Assembly: GCA_030265395.1 (NCBI GenBank)
Contig: JARFYF010000104.1
Location: forward strand, 61,807,215 to 61,870,935
Direction of reading: 5' to 3'
Length of the DNA: 63,721 nt
Source of the DNA: Rhina ancylostomus
Lineage: Eukaryota
Shown here: one piece after another, positions 38,193 through 50,508 of the stretch
Numbering within the stretch: the stretch's first letter is position 1
Layout of the letters: each line of letters begins with the position of its first letter
Position numbers and translations under genes: made by a program
Notes under the pieces: generated by a model
The model's input: the letters and a program-made list of their open reading frames with translations, nothing else
Databases searched by the model: none
Told to the model about the DNA's origin: nothing

Positions 38193-40674
38193 GTAGGTGG
38201 CAAAACAGTGTTCTATATACTTAGTTGCTTGCAAATTAACCATTTTCTTGCCTTGAGGCATTATGTTACAACAGACTACTAATTGTATCTCACATTTGTC
38301 ATCTTTAGTTTTTGTTTCCATGTTGACTACTGAATGAAGTGTCTTCCAGTGTATAGTATCATGCTTTGTTTTACTTGCAAAGTACAGAAGAATTCTACAG
38401 TTTTAGTAAATTGCTGGATATCTCAAAGATAACAGACACCACACAATTTTTTTTATTTCGCCAAGGATTAATCACCTTCCTCCCCTAACAGATTTCTTTT
38501 GTGTAGCATGTTACAACCATGATGCCAAACCTGAATGTTCAGTTCTATTATCTCTACCACTGGTACATGAAATCATATGGTAGCCTAGTTACTAAACACA
38601 GCAAACACTTCTTGTATATTAAGCATATAAGGGGCTCAACATTATTGAATTCTTGAAAGCTAAGCTGAACAATAATACAACATAAGTAATACATGGTGCA
38701 TGGAGCAAAAGGTTTTGAATTTTAAATCCCTCACATTATTGAATCCCATATTTTAACCCTATTTTGGTAAAGAGACAGTAATCTGAAACCAGGCACTTGC
38801 ATGCAGGAATGGAAGGTGGTAGATGAAAAGCTGGAATAATGATCTGCAGAATAATTTTGTGTAATTGAAAATAACAGAACTATAAGGGATTTTTTCAAAG
38901 GAGTTCCCCTCTTGGCTACTGTTCATAAGTAGAAAGTCCATGATATATAGTTTGCATATTGAGGGTGATCTGCAAAAGGAATCCCAGCAAGGGAAAACAC
39001 TGACAACTCAATAAATGGAATATCAAATATTACTTGATCAGTTTCCTGGTGTCCTCCCAGTCAAGTGCTTGATTCTACAATATCTTTTGAACTTCACGTG
39101 CATGAGATATGTTATTAGTGTTATGGTCAATGCATTGCATTGCTTACACCACTGTTTTACCATTACTGAAGAAATGAGTCAAAAAGGTTCTGTTTTATGT
39201 TTGATCAGTAAGTGCATAAGAGTGATTTGAATCCACTGAAAATGAAGTAAAAATCATTTTGATTAATCAGTTGGAAGTTATTGAAAGGAAGAATGCAAGC
39301 AAGGGGATGGAGCATTAGAAGAAAACAACAGTACAGAAGAGCTGAAAGTCATTGTGTAACTGTGGGAGCACTATTACAATACAGTTTGGGGTAGAGGAAT
39401 CCTTCTCCAGGTCATATAATAAAAAAAATCTACAAATATCAGAAGTAATGATTGAGAAAATGCTACATACTTTTTGCAGTTGTTAGGTTTTTCAGTTCTG
39501 GAATATTCAGTGGATAGATAATGAGAAAACATAAATGAGGTGGTCAGACCTGAGAGTTTGCAAGAACTAGTCAGGTTTGGCTATCGGTTTTTTAACTGCT
39601 CTGCAATTTGTGTCCCATTTCCTGCAGATCAAGTTAGTAACTAAAATTAAAGAGATAAATGTTGGCTGCAACTACTAATTTTTGACAGGGATCAATGAAC
39701 GCACAAGAGATTTTTGTGAAAGTTGCAATAGAATTAATGTAGCTTGCCATAAAATGTGATCAATTGATTATGAAGATAACACTTGAACATGCATATTGCA
39801 GTTTCAAATTAAATCTCCAACAGATTGCCCCATCCAGGTTTAAATGTCTTTTATATTTGTCATGCAAACAGTCTTGCAGAAGATGTAGTGGACCACTGTA
39901 TTGTGTATTGCTTGAGGAATGTTGGCATGTCGTCAGTTTACTACCCATGTTATTTTTATTTCCCTTTGATTAGTAAAGGATGAAAAATCCAGATGCCACA
40001 AATATTTTCTGAACTATCAATTGTTATCTAACCAAAATACTTATTTGAAATTATTCCAGCACAGCAATGAAGAACTTCTTTAGAAAACTTATATTGCCAG
40101 AAGTGGGATGTGTGCAAGTATTTTGAATATATTGGTCAGGAAAGGAGCTTGTATCCTCTGACATTAGACATTTGAGGTTTAGTGCAGTGCAATCATCTGC
40201 CTTTGTTACCCTGATCAAGTCACAGACAGACCACATATAGAATTACCTCAAAACCACCCTAACTTCTTCAGTGGAACATTTTCCAACATAACTGAAGATG
40301 AAAGGAATTATAAACACTACCAGGAAGAGGCAATTGCTCACTCATAACCTGCTTAATGATTCTCAGTTAGAGTTTCACCCAGACAACCAAGTTTAAGCCT
40401 TCGTGATTGGTCTGATTCATCCTCGAATTTAAGAACTTAATTCCAGAAGAGAATTAAGAGTAACTACCTTTGACAATTGGGCAATTCTCAGCTGAGTCTG
40501 GTAGCAAGTATTTTTGAAAAGAAGTGTTCCATTGCTTGGTGTCACATTAGGACAAAGGAAGCTGATGATGGTTGTAAAGGACCAAGCATCAATAACCCTG
40601 GCAAATAGTTGCGAGGTTGTTGGGGCAATGAGTTAGATCCAATTCACTCCGATAATTTCATCAATGACCTTTCA

Positions 40675-41277
40675 ATAAAAAAATACTGCAGATGCTGGAA
40701 CTCTGAAGTATAACAGAATACAGTAAAGCTCTGATAATCCATCACTGTTGGGACTATGGTAGTGCCAGATTAGCAGATTTTCCAGACCATTGGATAGTAC
40801 TCCAATTAATTCCCAAACACTCTTTCATTTCATGTTTTTCTTTTACATTTTGTATGGGTGTAATAATATAAAAACTAGTGAACTTGATGAATATAAAGGA
40901 AGTGAGAAATATACAAGCACTCTGGACCCTGGTTCCAGCCACAAACCTACTTATGTTTCTGACACTTGGTTCTCCTGACCCCAACCCCAGCTCCAGCTGC
41001 ACACGTGGTCTACAGTGTGGACCCTGGCCCTGGCCACACTCCAGACTTAGGACTTCTGAACAATCAGATGCTAGATTACCAGAGTTCTGGTGTGTATTGG
41101 AAATACACAGCAGATTGAGCAGCATTTTGAAATGAGAAAAAGAGTTAACATTTCAGGTCAATGACACTTCATCAAGACAATTTCTGTTGAAATGTCATCA
41201 ACTTGAAAATGTTAACTTTTTCTCTTTCCATTGTTGCTGCCTGTTGAGTGTTTCTAACGTTTTCTGATTTATTTCTT
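40675..41277. mobile_element. Palindromic Penelope-derived repeat (older subfamily), interrupted by a MITE
   Basis: aaatactgcagatgctggaactctgaagtataacagaa...[insert]...ggaaatacacagcag...gagttaacatttcaggtcaatgacacttcatcaagac, then the mirror arm ttctgttgaaatgtcatcaacttgaaaatgttaact...tgctgcctg. Confidence 0.65.
40721..41094. mobile_element. Tigger/pogo-like (Tc1-mariner) MITE
   Basis: TA|CAGTAAAGCTCTGATAATCCATCA at left; degenerate inverted end TGCTAGATTACCAGAGTTCTGGTGTG|TA at right; TA on both flanks. Confidence 0.6.
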
Positions 41278-43779
41278 GAATGATTCTCCCTTTTTCAAGA
41301 AGTTTGTAAATCATTCAGTCCCATTTGTAGTTAATCAGAGAGTAAAACATTTCCTATATATAAGATACATGGAAGACTTAAACAATGCATTTGTACCAAA
41401 TAATGTTTGCACTTAAAAGTGCCAGAAAACAACTATCTTTAAGTGACAGTTGAATCAGTTCCCTTCATGTTCAGTCATTTTATTGTTACTAAGTCTTTCA
41501 CCCTCAGCATTCTGGATATTATCTTTAGATGAACAACAATACATGCCAATGTTGGTAGATTAGTAATTGTGCATTCTGCATGTTATACCTCATGCCGCCT
41601 CAAAACCTCATCACCACCTGTAAAATGGAATGAGATAGTATACTCTCCTCTGCATCAAAGTTCATGAATCTTAACATCTTCCAGAACACGAAGGTTTTCC
41701 AGCAGACATATTAGTTCCTATCCAAAACATTCAATCTCTCCAGCATTGGTATACCACAGCTGCAGTGGGTCCTCCTTAATTGTGGTACTACTGCAATTCA
41801 TCAAGGATTTTAGATATCAGCTTCCAAATCAATGAGCCTCACCACCTCAATGTGCATGATAATGCCATCACATTGCTGTCACACGATATCTTGGTTTGGA
41901 TAAATATTACCATTCATTCAGCTGAAAATCCAGAGCTCCTTGTCAAACTGTGCTGTGGAGCACCTTCACTTTATTGACTGTTATAGTTCAAGAAGCAAAC
42001 TTTTAGTGCAGTAATGTATGAGCTAAAAGTTACACACTGACTGGTGAACTTCATGCTTAAACAATGTATGTGAACATTCCTAAACTGCTTCACCTCACAA
42101 CCCAAAATAATGTTGTTACAGTGGGGTAATATTTGAAGTAGTTCAAATAACTTTATATTGTGGGCAAAGAACATGGGGTTGTACATGCTCAAGTTTGTTT
42201 CCTTTTACATCATAACTATCACACAAATAGAGATTTTCATCTTATTTATCTTAGTTGGAACTGAAACCTGGATATCTGATGTCCAAAGACAACATTAAGT
42301 CCAGTTTGCCACCCAGTCATCCTTTGGTTTGTTGTAACTGGCATAAAAATGAAATAACACTAAAATTCTTTGAAATGGCTTGTCATATTTTAGTTCTTTG
42401 GTTATCCCTAATATATCAGGCTCTAGTAACATATCATAGCCAGAAGTAACATTTGTTCATGATTTGAATTAGAACTGAATTCCTTTAAGTACATTTTACC
42501 AGTCATAAGAACCACATTTGATAAACCTGAATGCAATCTAATGTTTATCCATATGGATAGAATTATATCACTGCTTTTTTTAATATTGTGTTACTCTCTT
42601 CATTGAAATATGAGGCTTTTGTAAGTAGCTATCCACTATAGTAACCAATAAAATGCAGTTCCAGAAAATGGTATTTCACAGTCTGAATTCAATTTACATC
42701 GCCAATGAGATTTCACATAGGTGTATCAGGACAACATGCAGTCTCTTGCTAGAATGAAACATTTATAGCTTACTCTTCCTGAAAAAAACCCTAAATATTC
42801 TAAAAACCTAGTAATGTCTTTGAGTCAAATGTAGAGACAAAATGAGGTTTCCTTTGATTAAGTTGATGGTATGAAGTGCTATCATTTTAAATAAACCTGA
42901 TGAATAGTAGCATATCTACTACTGGAAACTGAAAACAAAAAACATGCTGTTTTATAACATCTGGGGAAGTTTAGCCATGTCTGAGAAGAAACATTTCTGA
43001 ACTATTGGCATGTATCCCATGAGGCATCTGGTATATCAAACTCTTAACAGGTATGATAGAAGTATGCTCTTCAGAAATTTTTGAATGACATTTGCTGGAA
43101 GGATGGGGAAGTGAAAAAGGGAAACAGAGGGGAGAAATCCTCTCCAGATGTCCTACTGGCAGCAGTCAATAAGAATACCTGCCAGAAACTATTTTACTTC
43201 TGAAAGCACAATTTAAGATCTGTCATTCAGTAATTTTAATTTAGTTTCCCATGAGGTACCATGTGATCTGGCATACCTGAGCAACTGGCTTCGTTTTATA
43301 CTATTCTTTCTGTTCAAAATCAGAAACAGATTTTACATATTTTAGAAAAACCAGTTTCCCTATGTTGGAGAAACATTGATTGTATCAGAATCATCAAATA
43401 GTTTTTAAAGGGACATTGGTATTGGAAAAAAAGAACTTCATCATGGTTGATGGTATAAAAAAAAGTCCTGTCATATCAGTAACCTATTCTAAAAAATGGT
43501 GATCATTTTTTCAATTTTCACCAGTGAGGTTGGATCTCTGATGGTTTGTTAATCAGGCAGGCAAAGCAACACTCTGTGTTTTGTATAACTACTTGAGATG
43601 AATTTCCATCCCCAAATGTTTCTCAACCCTTGCAATTTTGTTGTGGAGAGTAACTATTAGAGCAAGACTTTGTTTTCAGTTGCACAGATAGTTATCAAGA
43701 TCTATGGCATAAGTCTATTTACAAGTTTAACCTTCAGTAAAGCTCCCTTTAACTTCTATTCAGTTGTTTGAAAATCTGG

Positions 43780-44160
43780 CTCACAGGGTCCTGTTCCCTC
43801 ACTTCTTTTAATCTCACTAGGGCCCTGTTTCCCACACTTTTTAAGCTCACATGGACCTTGTTTCCCACTCACCCTTTAAATTCACTAGGACTCCATTTCC
43901 CACGCACCTTTTAAACTCACCAGGACCCCATTTCTCACACTCCCTTTAAATTTACTGGAGCCCTGTTTCCTATGCCCCCTTTAAATTCACCAGGATCTCT
44001 TTCCTGAGCTCCCTATAAACTCACTGGAACCCCATTTCTGCACTCCCTTTAAACTCACCATTTCCCATGCACACTTTAAACTCACTGGGGCTCCATTTCT
44101 GTGCTCCCTTTTAACTCACAGGGCCCCTGTTTCCTGTGATCTCTTTAAATACATCAGGTT
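43780..44160. repeat. Minisatellite, ~35-bp unit, about 11 degenerate copies
   Basis: Consensus approximately CTCACTGGGACCCCATTTCCCACACTCCCTTTAAA. Confidence 0.9.
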
Positions 44161-44254
44161 CACCAGAAATTATATTATAATACTTATCAAATCTTTAAAA
44201 AGGTGAATTCAAAATGTGGTGGAATGGGAAGGGGTATTGAGCTTTGTTGTATAA

Positions 44255-45185
44255 ATTGGTAAATTGGTTTATTATTGTCACATGTACCAAGGTCGAGTGA
44301 AAAACTTTGTTTCACATGACATCCACACAGATCATTTCATCACATTAATGCATTGAGGTTGTACAAGGGAAAAACAATAACAGAATGCAGAATAAAGTGT
44401 TACAGTTACAGAGAAAGTGCAGTGCAGGCAGACAATANNNNNNNNNNNNNNNNNNNNNNNNNNNNNNNNNNNNNNNNNNNNNNNNNNNNNNNNNNNNNNN
44501 NNNNNNNNNNNNNNNNNNNNNNNNNNNNNNNNNNNNNCAAGGGAAAACAATAACAGAATGCAGAATAAAGTGTTACAGTTACAGAGAAAGTGCAGTGCAG
44601 GCAGACAATAAGGTTCAAGGCCATACAGAGGAAGATTGTGAGGTCAAGAGTCCATCCTGAACGTACTAGGGAATTGTTCAATACTCTTATAACACAGAGA
44701 CAGTAGCTGTCCTTGAGCCTGGTGGTATGTGTTCTCAGGCTTTTGTATCTTCTGCCTGATGGGAGGGGGAGAAGAGAGAGTGTTCAGGGTGGGTGAGGTT
44801 TTTGATTAAATTGGCTGCTTTACCAAGGCAACGAGAAGTGTAGACGGAGTCCATGGAGGGAAGGCTGTTTTCTGTGACATGCTGAGCTGTGTCCACAACT
44901 CTTGGCAGTTTCTTGCAGTCTCGGGCAGAGCAGTTGCCATCCCAAGCTGTGATGCATCCAGATAGGATGCTTTCTATGGTGCATCTTTAAAAATTATTGA
45001 GGTTCCAGGGGGAATGCCAAATTTCTTTAGCTTCCTAAGGAATTAAAGATGCTGGTGTGCTTTCTTGGCCATATGTTTTGACAGGCTGTAGGTGACATTC
45101 ACTCCAAGGAACTTGAAGCTCTCAACCCTCTCGACCTCAGCACTGTTAATGTAAACAGGAGTGTGTGCACTGCCCCCTTCCTGTA
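44255..45185 (-). mobile_element. Rex1/Babar LINE 3' portion
   Basis: Reverse complement of the 2290-2880 family (tttattattgtcacatgtacc...gatgcatccagataggatgctttctatggtgcatc...ggaacttgaagctctcaaccctctc). Confidence 0.88.
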
Positions 45186-45278
45186 GTCATCTTAATGGAG
45201 TACTACCTTTATATAGTTCCATTGAATTGTTAACAGATATGATAAAAGTCTGATTCAAAACCATCAATAAAACTTGAT

Positions 45279-45420
45279 AACAACAAACAATCTGCTGGAA
45301 AAACTCAGCAGGTCAAACAGCATCTGTAGGAGCAAAGGAATTCCTGCTGTTCGACCTGCTGAGTTCTTCCAGCAGTTTGTTTGTTGCTCTAGATTCCAGC
45401 ATCTGCATTCTCTTGCATCT
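45279..45420. mobile_element. Palindromic Penelope-derived repeat with centre (hammerhead cores) deleted
   Basis: caacaaacaatctgctggaaaaactcagcaggtcaaacagca ... GGAATTCC ... tgctgttcgacctgctgagttcttccagcagtttgtttgttg. Confidence 0.8.
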
Positions 45421-46514
45421 TCAATGTAATCTGATAAAATAAGACAAAAAGTTGAACAAATCCTGAGAAAATGGGTAAATGATATAAGGGCAAATCAAGT
45501 TTTAGTTTGATGACACATCAGGTATTTAACAGTTCACAGGTATATTGTGTCATTCTCACAGCAGCATAAACCACCATCACATTTTTTTCTTTCTTCATCA
45601 ATTCTTTGATTGTGAATAAATCTAACTGCCAATTCACTCATTTTACACTTTACTGGATACATTTGTCTCACTTTTATACTTCTTATGATCAATTACATAA
45701 AAACAAGTTTTAGTTAACACATTCTAGATAGTGTAGGTGTTTAAGTCAGAGTTGTGTTTTAAAATACTTAATGCACAATAGAGCTGAACTTTAATATGGC
45801 AGGTAATATGGATTTGGATTAGGGGTGGGGAGGGTTTAAAATCCATGAAGTTGTCTATATGTTGAGAAGCTGCACCGACCTGCTAAATTCTGCATTTGAC
45901 TCCAACGCATTAAGCTACCTGCCTGCAACCCCTTAGGAAAAGCTGGTTTTGATTTTCATGTGCTGATTGCTTAGTTCTAGCAATTTTGATATGCAGCTTT
46001 TACCTTATTATTATGTCCAAAGCTTCCCCAAGCTTCCTGAAGCTCACTAAGGAAACCAAAGTGATGGGGCTGAAGACTTCTCAGCCAAAGATTTCAACAC
46101 TCTGCATTCATAGCTTCTTTCTCACCTGCTGAAGGAAAGGGTTTATTCACAGTACTTTAGCTGAAAAGATATTTTGTACAAGAAGTTAGGTTGCTTTGTG
46201 TCCTTTAATATTTTGCCCACCATATGAGAATGGTTGTCACTTGTGCTGCCTTGGATTGAACATCAGATGAGGAACCTGACTACCAGAAAAAGCCATACCA
46301 TCTGTTGTAGCCTGTTGTTACAGAGCTGCTACTGCACCATGCAGAGGAGGCCAGCAGAAGATTTTATCTACTTGAAGACATTATCACTGCGGAAGGTTTA
46401 TGAGTAAAAGGCTGAGATTCCCTAACATGCCTGAATTCCAGTTCTTTAGGAGGGTTACGATGTCATCAAAAGAGGCATCAAAGATTTGCTCTCTCCCAGA
46501 AGAAGACTTGGTTC

Positions 46515-46607
46515 TGAAACAGAAACAGAAATATTAGAAGAACTTAGCATCTGTAGAAAGAGAAACCAGTTAATGCTTTGGGGCAGGAGACCATCCTTAG
46601 AACTGGT
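46515..46607 (-). mobile_element. Short Penelope-derived repeat remnant
   Basis: aaacagaaatattagaagaacttagcatctgtagaaagagaaaccagttaatgctttggggcaggagaccatccttagaactgg. Confidence 0.45.
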
Positions 46608-46677
46608 TAAGGCTTGATTATGGTTGGATGTGTTGACCATTGGTGTCAAAGATACCATCAAGATCAACATTATTGCC

Positions 46678-47250
46678 TTCAAGTACAAATTTGTTGATTG
46701 TTGTGGGCAAACGTAGGGTATAAGTGCCATGAAAATCAGGTTTTTGCAGCAGCAGTACTGTACATTGCACATATAAGTTAACATTAACTTAAATTAACAT
46801 AACTTATACATAACTTACATGACAAAATAAACAAAATAAAAATAATGACATTAGGGCAAGTTGAGAGAGAGAGAAAGAAAAAAGAAATAAAGTCTAAGGA
46901 AGTGTTAAGGTTTTTCAGGTTGATTCAAGAACCTGATGTCATTGGGGAAGAGGCTATTGTGAAACTTTGAGGTGTGGCTTTTCAGGTTTCTGTACCTCCT
47001 GCCTGATGGCAGCATCAAGAAGAGGGTATGTCCCAGATTTGGGGGGGGGGTTCCTTAATGATGGCTGATGCCGAGTCTGCCACTCTCTCTGGCCTCTTGC
47101 ATTCCTGTGCAATGGAGTTTCCATGCCAGGCCATGATGCAACCAGTCAGAATGCTTTCCACTCTACATCTGTATTTGTCAGAGTCTTTGATGACATGCCG
47201 AATCTCCTTAAACTTCTAAGAAAGTAGAGATGCTGGTGTGCCTTCTTCAT
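46678..47250 (-). mobile_element. Rex1/Babar LINE 3' portion
   Basis: Minus MKKAHQHLYFLRSLRRFGMSSKTLTN; near-identical segments to 48000-48392. Confidence 0.85.
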
Positions 47251-47350
47251 NNNNNNNNNNNNNNNNNNNNNNNNNNNNNNNNNNNNNNNNNNNNNNNNNN
47301 NNNNNNNNNNNNNNNNNNNNNNNNNNNNNNNNNNNNNNNNNNNNNNNNNN

Positions 47351-47420
47351 ACAGACAATGGCCGGAATTGAACCCAGGTCGCTGGCACTGTAATAGTGTT
47401 GCACTAACCACTACACTGTC
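47351..47420 (-). mobile_element. SINE tRNA-derived head fragment
   Basis: Matches 50240-50313; the minus strand has B box GGGTTCAATTCC. Confidence 0.7.
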
Positions 47421-47877
47421 ATACTTTCTGGAGAAACAACTTACCCAGATGGAAATTTGACCTGGAGATCAACTAAAGAAATTAGATGGGTGGGGAAATT
47501 CTTGTTTATCTGCAAATTCATTGTACAGAAGCAAAAATTGTGATATTAGTCAGATAAATTGATCAGGCTCTCAGGACATGTTTTCCCAATGTTTCATTAG
47601 AAATCGTGGATGTGGAGGGTTGGAAGTAGGGGAATTGGTTGCCTCTATGTTTTCCACAGATTTTGAGCTTCCAGAGTGGCTGAAACAGGGTCTTGAGCTG
47701 AACTGCCAATTTAATCATTGGTCAATTTCGGATAATGTCTTGGAAAAGGAGGGCATTTAAGCCATTTACATTTCTTGTTCATGTCTTTAACAAGACTGTA
47801 CACCAATCTGTTGGGTGGTATTTGACCTAATTCCCTCTGCTAACAACAACTGGCTAATTGGCAAAAAATCAATCATT

Positions 47878-47952
47878 GGTGAAGAGCTTTGATTATAAAT
47901 CATTGACTTGAAACATTAATGCTGCTTTACACCCCACATACGCTGCCTGACT
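47878..47952 (+). mobile_element. Penelope-derived repeat remnant, truncated by the adjacent LINE
   Basis: tcattgacttgaaacattaatgctgctttacaccccacatacgctgcctgac. Confidence 0.45.
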
Positions 47953-48660
47953 TCAAGTTCAAGTTTAATGTCATGCGTATGCATACACAGGTCAGTTCAA
48001 GAACCCGATGGCAGTGGGGAAGCAGCTGTTGTTGAACCTTGAGGTGTAGTTTTCTTGTTCCTGTACCTCCTACCTGATGGCAGCAATGAGAAGAGGGCAT
48101 GGCCCAAATGGTGCGGTCCTTAATGATGGATGATACCTTCTAGAGACATTGCCTCTTGTAGATGTCCTTGATGGTGGGGAGAACTGTATCCGGTCACTAT
48201 GGAATTGGCTGAGTCTACCACTCTCTGTAGCTTCTTGCATTCCTGTGCATGGGAGTTTCCATGCCAGGCTGTGAGGCAGCCAGTCAGAATGCTTTCCACT
48301 GTAGATCTGTAGAAGTTTGTCAGTGTCTTTGATGACATGCCGAATCTCCTTAAACTTCTAAGAAAGTAGAGATGCTGGTGTGCCTTCTTCATGATTGCAT
48401 CTATATGCAGGGCCGAGGATAGATCCTCCGAGCTGTCAGAAGCCAAGAAATTGAAGCTGTTCACCCCTTCCACCACAGACCCTTTAATGAGGACAGGTGT
48501 GTGTTCACCTGACTTCCCCTTCCTGAAGTCCACAATCAGTTATTTGGTTTTGCTGACATTAAGCATAAGGTGGTTGTTGTGACACACTGAATAGTTGACC
48601 TATATCGCTCCTGTACACCCTGTCATCACCATTCATGATTCTGCCATTATCAGCAAATTT
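47953..48660 (-). mobile_element. Rex1/Babar LINE 3' portion
   Basis: VDFRKGKSGEHTPVLIKGSVVEGVNSFNFL...KKAHQHLYFLRSLRRFGMSSKTLTNFYRSTVESILTGCLTAWHGNSHAQECKKLQRVVDSANSI. Confidence 0.92.
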
Positions 48661-50029
48661 GAGCCTTCTGAGCTTTCCATGACTTGACAAAGATATAACC
48701 AAGATCTCCCAAACTGATGCATAAAATTACATTACTTAGGAATTGATTGGTTGTTTGAAAATATTAAAAGGTCTGTTCTGACATTATAAGACATTCTGAA
48801 ATGTTCAAAAATAATTATGAACTTTCAAAGACACTAAACCACAAAGTGTCTGTTTTAAAAATTACAAGAAAATCCCTAAAACTTTTTAAACTCACAAACA
48901 TTTAGAATTTGTAAAAATCAGAAATTACTAATACTTGCCCAAGTCTTTCACAACTTGTTCTACTCTGTTGAAATCAATGAAGAAGCCATCCCAATGTCAG
49001 GACTTGCATGATATAAGATATTCATTGCTAATTCCCCACCATTAATGTTGAGAAATTACCTCAACTTTACACTCCCTTGCTGGCCAGTCCAGAGACAGAA
49101 CGCATTCAGAAAAGTTATTTTTCTACAAGGTACGAGTCCAACAATTATGTTACTGGCTTTGATTTAATTACATCACTAAGTTTCTTGGAACTCTCCAACT
49201 CTCACTCTCCAATGGCCATAAATTCCAAAACAACTGTAAAAATAATTAACTGAACTTAATTAATCTAATACAGTAAACCATTAAATTACCTTTGGCTTCA
49301 TTGAAATGACTGAACTCATTCTTGCTGTAAGTTCCACTCAGAGGCACTCAGTGATGGACCACTGAGAATCACTTGGGAAATCTCTGATGAAGAGCTGAGA
49401 CTAGTTAAGGACTTCAGTGTTCAGGCAAGTGCTTGGGAAGTCCTGAACTTGGTGACACTTATGTGGAGAAATGCCTGTAGTTAGGCACAAAATTTCCCTG
49501 GACATTGTGGACTGTTTTCTCACAGCTTAAGACAGCATCTCAAGGAAGGTGTCACTGAAACAAGCCATGCCTTTGCTAGTCTGGAAACCGTCTTGGTACA
49601 CTCCCAACTCAAACTTCTTCAAATCACTTATTTGGAGTCTCCAACAAGACCATGCCTTGGAGGTCTATATCATACCCACAGTCAACAATTTGTCCACAGA
49701 AAGCTACAATGAGGCAGCTGAGTTTAAAAAAAATCACTGTATACCCACGCCTCTTTGGTTTCATTCAAACCAACCGAACCATCGGCCTCCAATGCATAAA
49801 AGAGTTAAATTTGGAGCCATACTCTCAGAAACAGTGGCTAATATTTTTGTAAGGTCATCATTACAAATTATATATTCCATAAAATGATGTACTCTAAAAG
49901 CTATCGAAAATACTTCCTTTGTTTTGAGCCTTTCTTGAAACTCTAGGTTTATAGAAAGAAAGGCCTATATTTATATTGTGCATTTCACAATATCAGGAAA
50001 GACTTAAAGAAGCAATTTAAAAATTCAAT

Positions 50030-50314
50030 ATCTTTATTAGTTACATGTACATCGAAATGCACAGTGAAATACATCTTTTGTGCAGAGTGTTCTGGGGGCA
50101 GCCTGCAAGTGTCACCATGCTTCTGACGCCAACATAGCATGCCCACAACTTCCTAACCCATACGTCTTTGGAACGTGGGAGGAAACCAGAGCACCTGGAG
50201 GAAACACACGCAAACACGGGGAAAACATACAAACTCCTTACAGACAGTGGCAGGAATTGAACCCAAGTCGCTGGTGCTGTAATAGCGTTACACTAACCTC
50301 TACACTACTGTGCC
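50030..50314 (-). mobile_element. Full-length V-SINE (tRNA head, V domain, Rex1-like tail)
   Basis: Minus strand: GGCACAGTAGTGTAGAGGTTAG (A box) ... GGGTTCAATTCC (B box) ... GGAGTTTGTATGTTTTCCCCGTGTTTGCGTGTGTTTCCTCCAGGTGCTCTGGTTTCCTCCCAC (V domain) ... TTTCACTGTGCATTTCGATGTACATGTAACTAATAAA. Confidence 0.85.
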
Positions 50315-50433
50315 TACCAGTAGTGTGATCACTTTTTAATATTGAGAGGGGCGGACTCAAGACAACTCAGTCCAATAACAACCTGCATAAGGGAAATAAG
50401 CCATTGATTTGTTTGCAAATCATTTAGAAATTT

Positions 50434-50435
<2 letters not shown>

Positions 50436-50507
<72 letters not shown>

Positions 50508-50508
50508 G
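50436..50508. repeat. (TG)n microsatellite with TA interruptions
   Basis: Directly visible run. Confidence 0.97.

Larger units (their letters stand above)
40540..42000 (+). mobile_element. Family B LINE, decayed, split by nested insertions at about 40675-41277
   Basis: 40540-40672 matches 6375-6495 (ends ttcatcaatgacct). 41280-41560 resumes matching 6500-6830. 41880-41995 matches the 3' region 8060-8190. Confidence 0.55.

Noticed and set aside
37128-38282. 384-aa ORF as a complete single-exon gene
   Set aside because: It starts at TTG in the polypyrimidine tract and runs past the GT donor. Homology is limited to 37157-38192 and stops mid zinc finger.
43780-44160. Regularly spaced ~35-bp repeats as a CRISPR array
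   Set aside because: Units are contiguous with no unique spacers, there are no cas genes, and the context is a vertebrate intron.
44365-44610. Identical ~72-bp sequence on both sides of an N gap; also at 18172-18330 and 13824-13956
   Set aside because: Exact duplicates flanking ~100-N gaps are typical unmerged contig overlaps, not biological tandem repeats.
50240-50314. tRNA gene
   Set aside because: A and B boxes belong to a SINE head; no full cloverleaf, and it is followed by a V domain.
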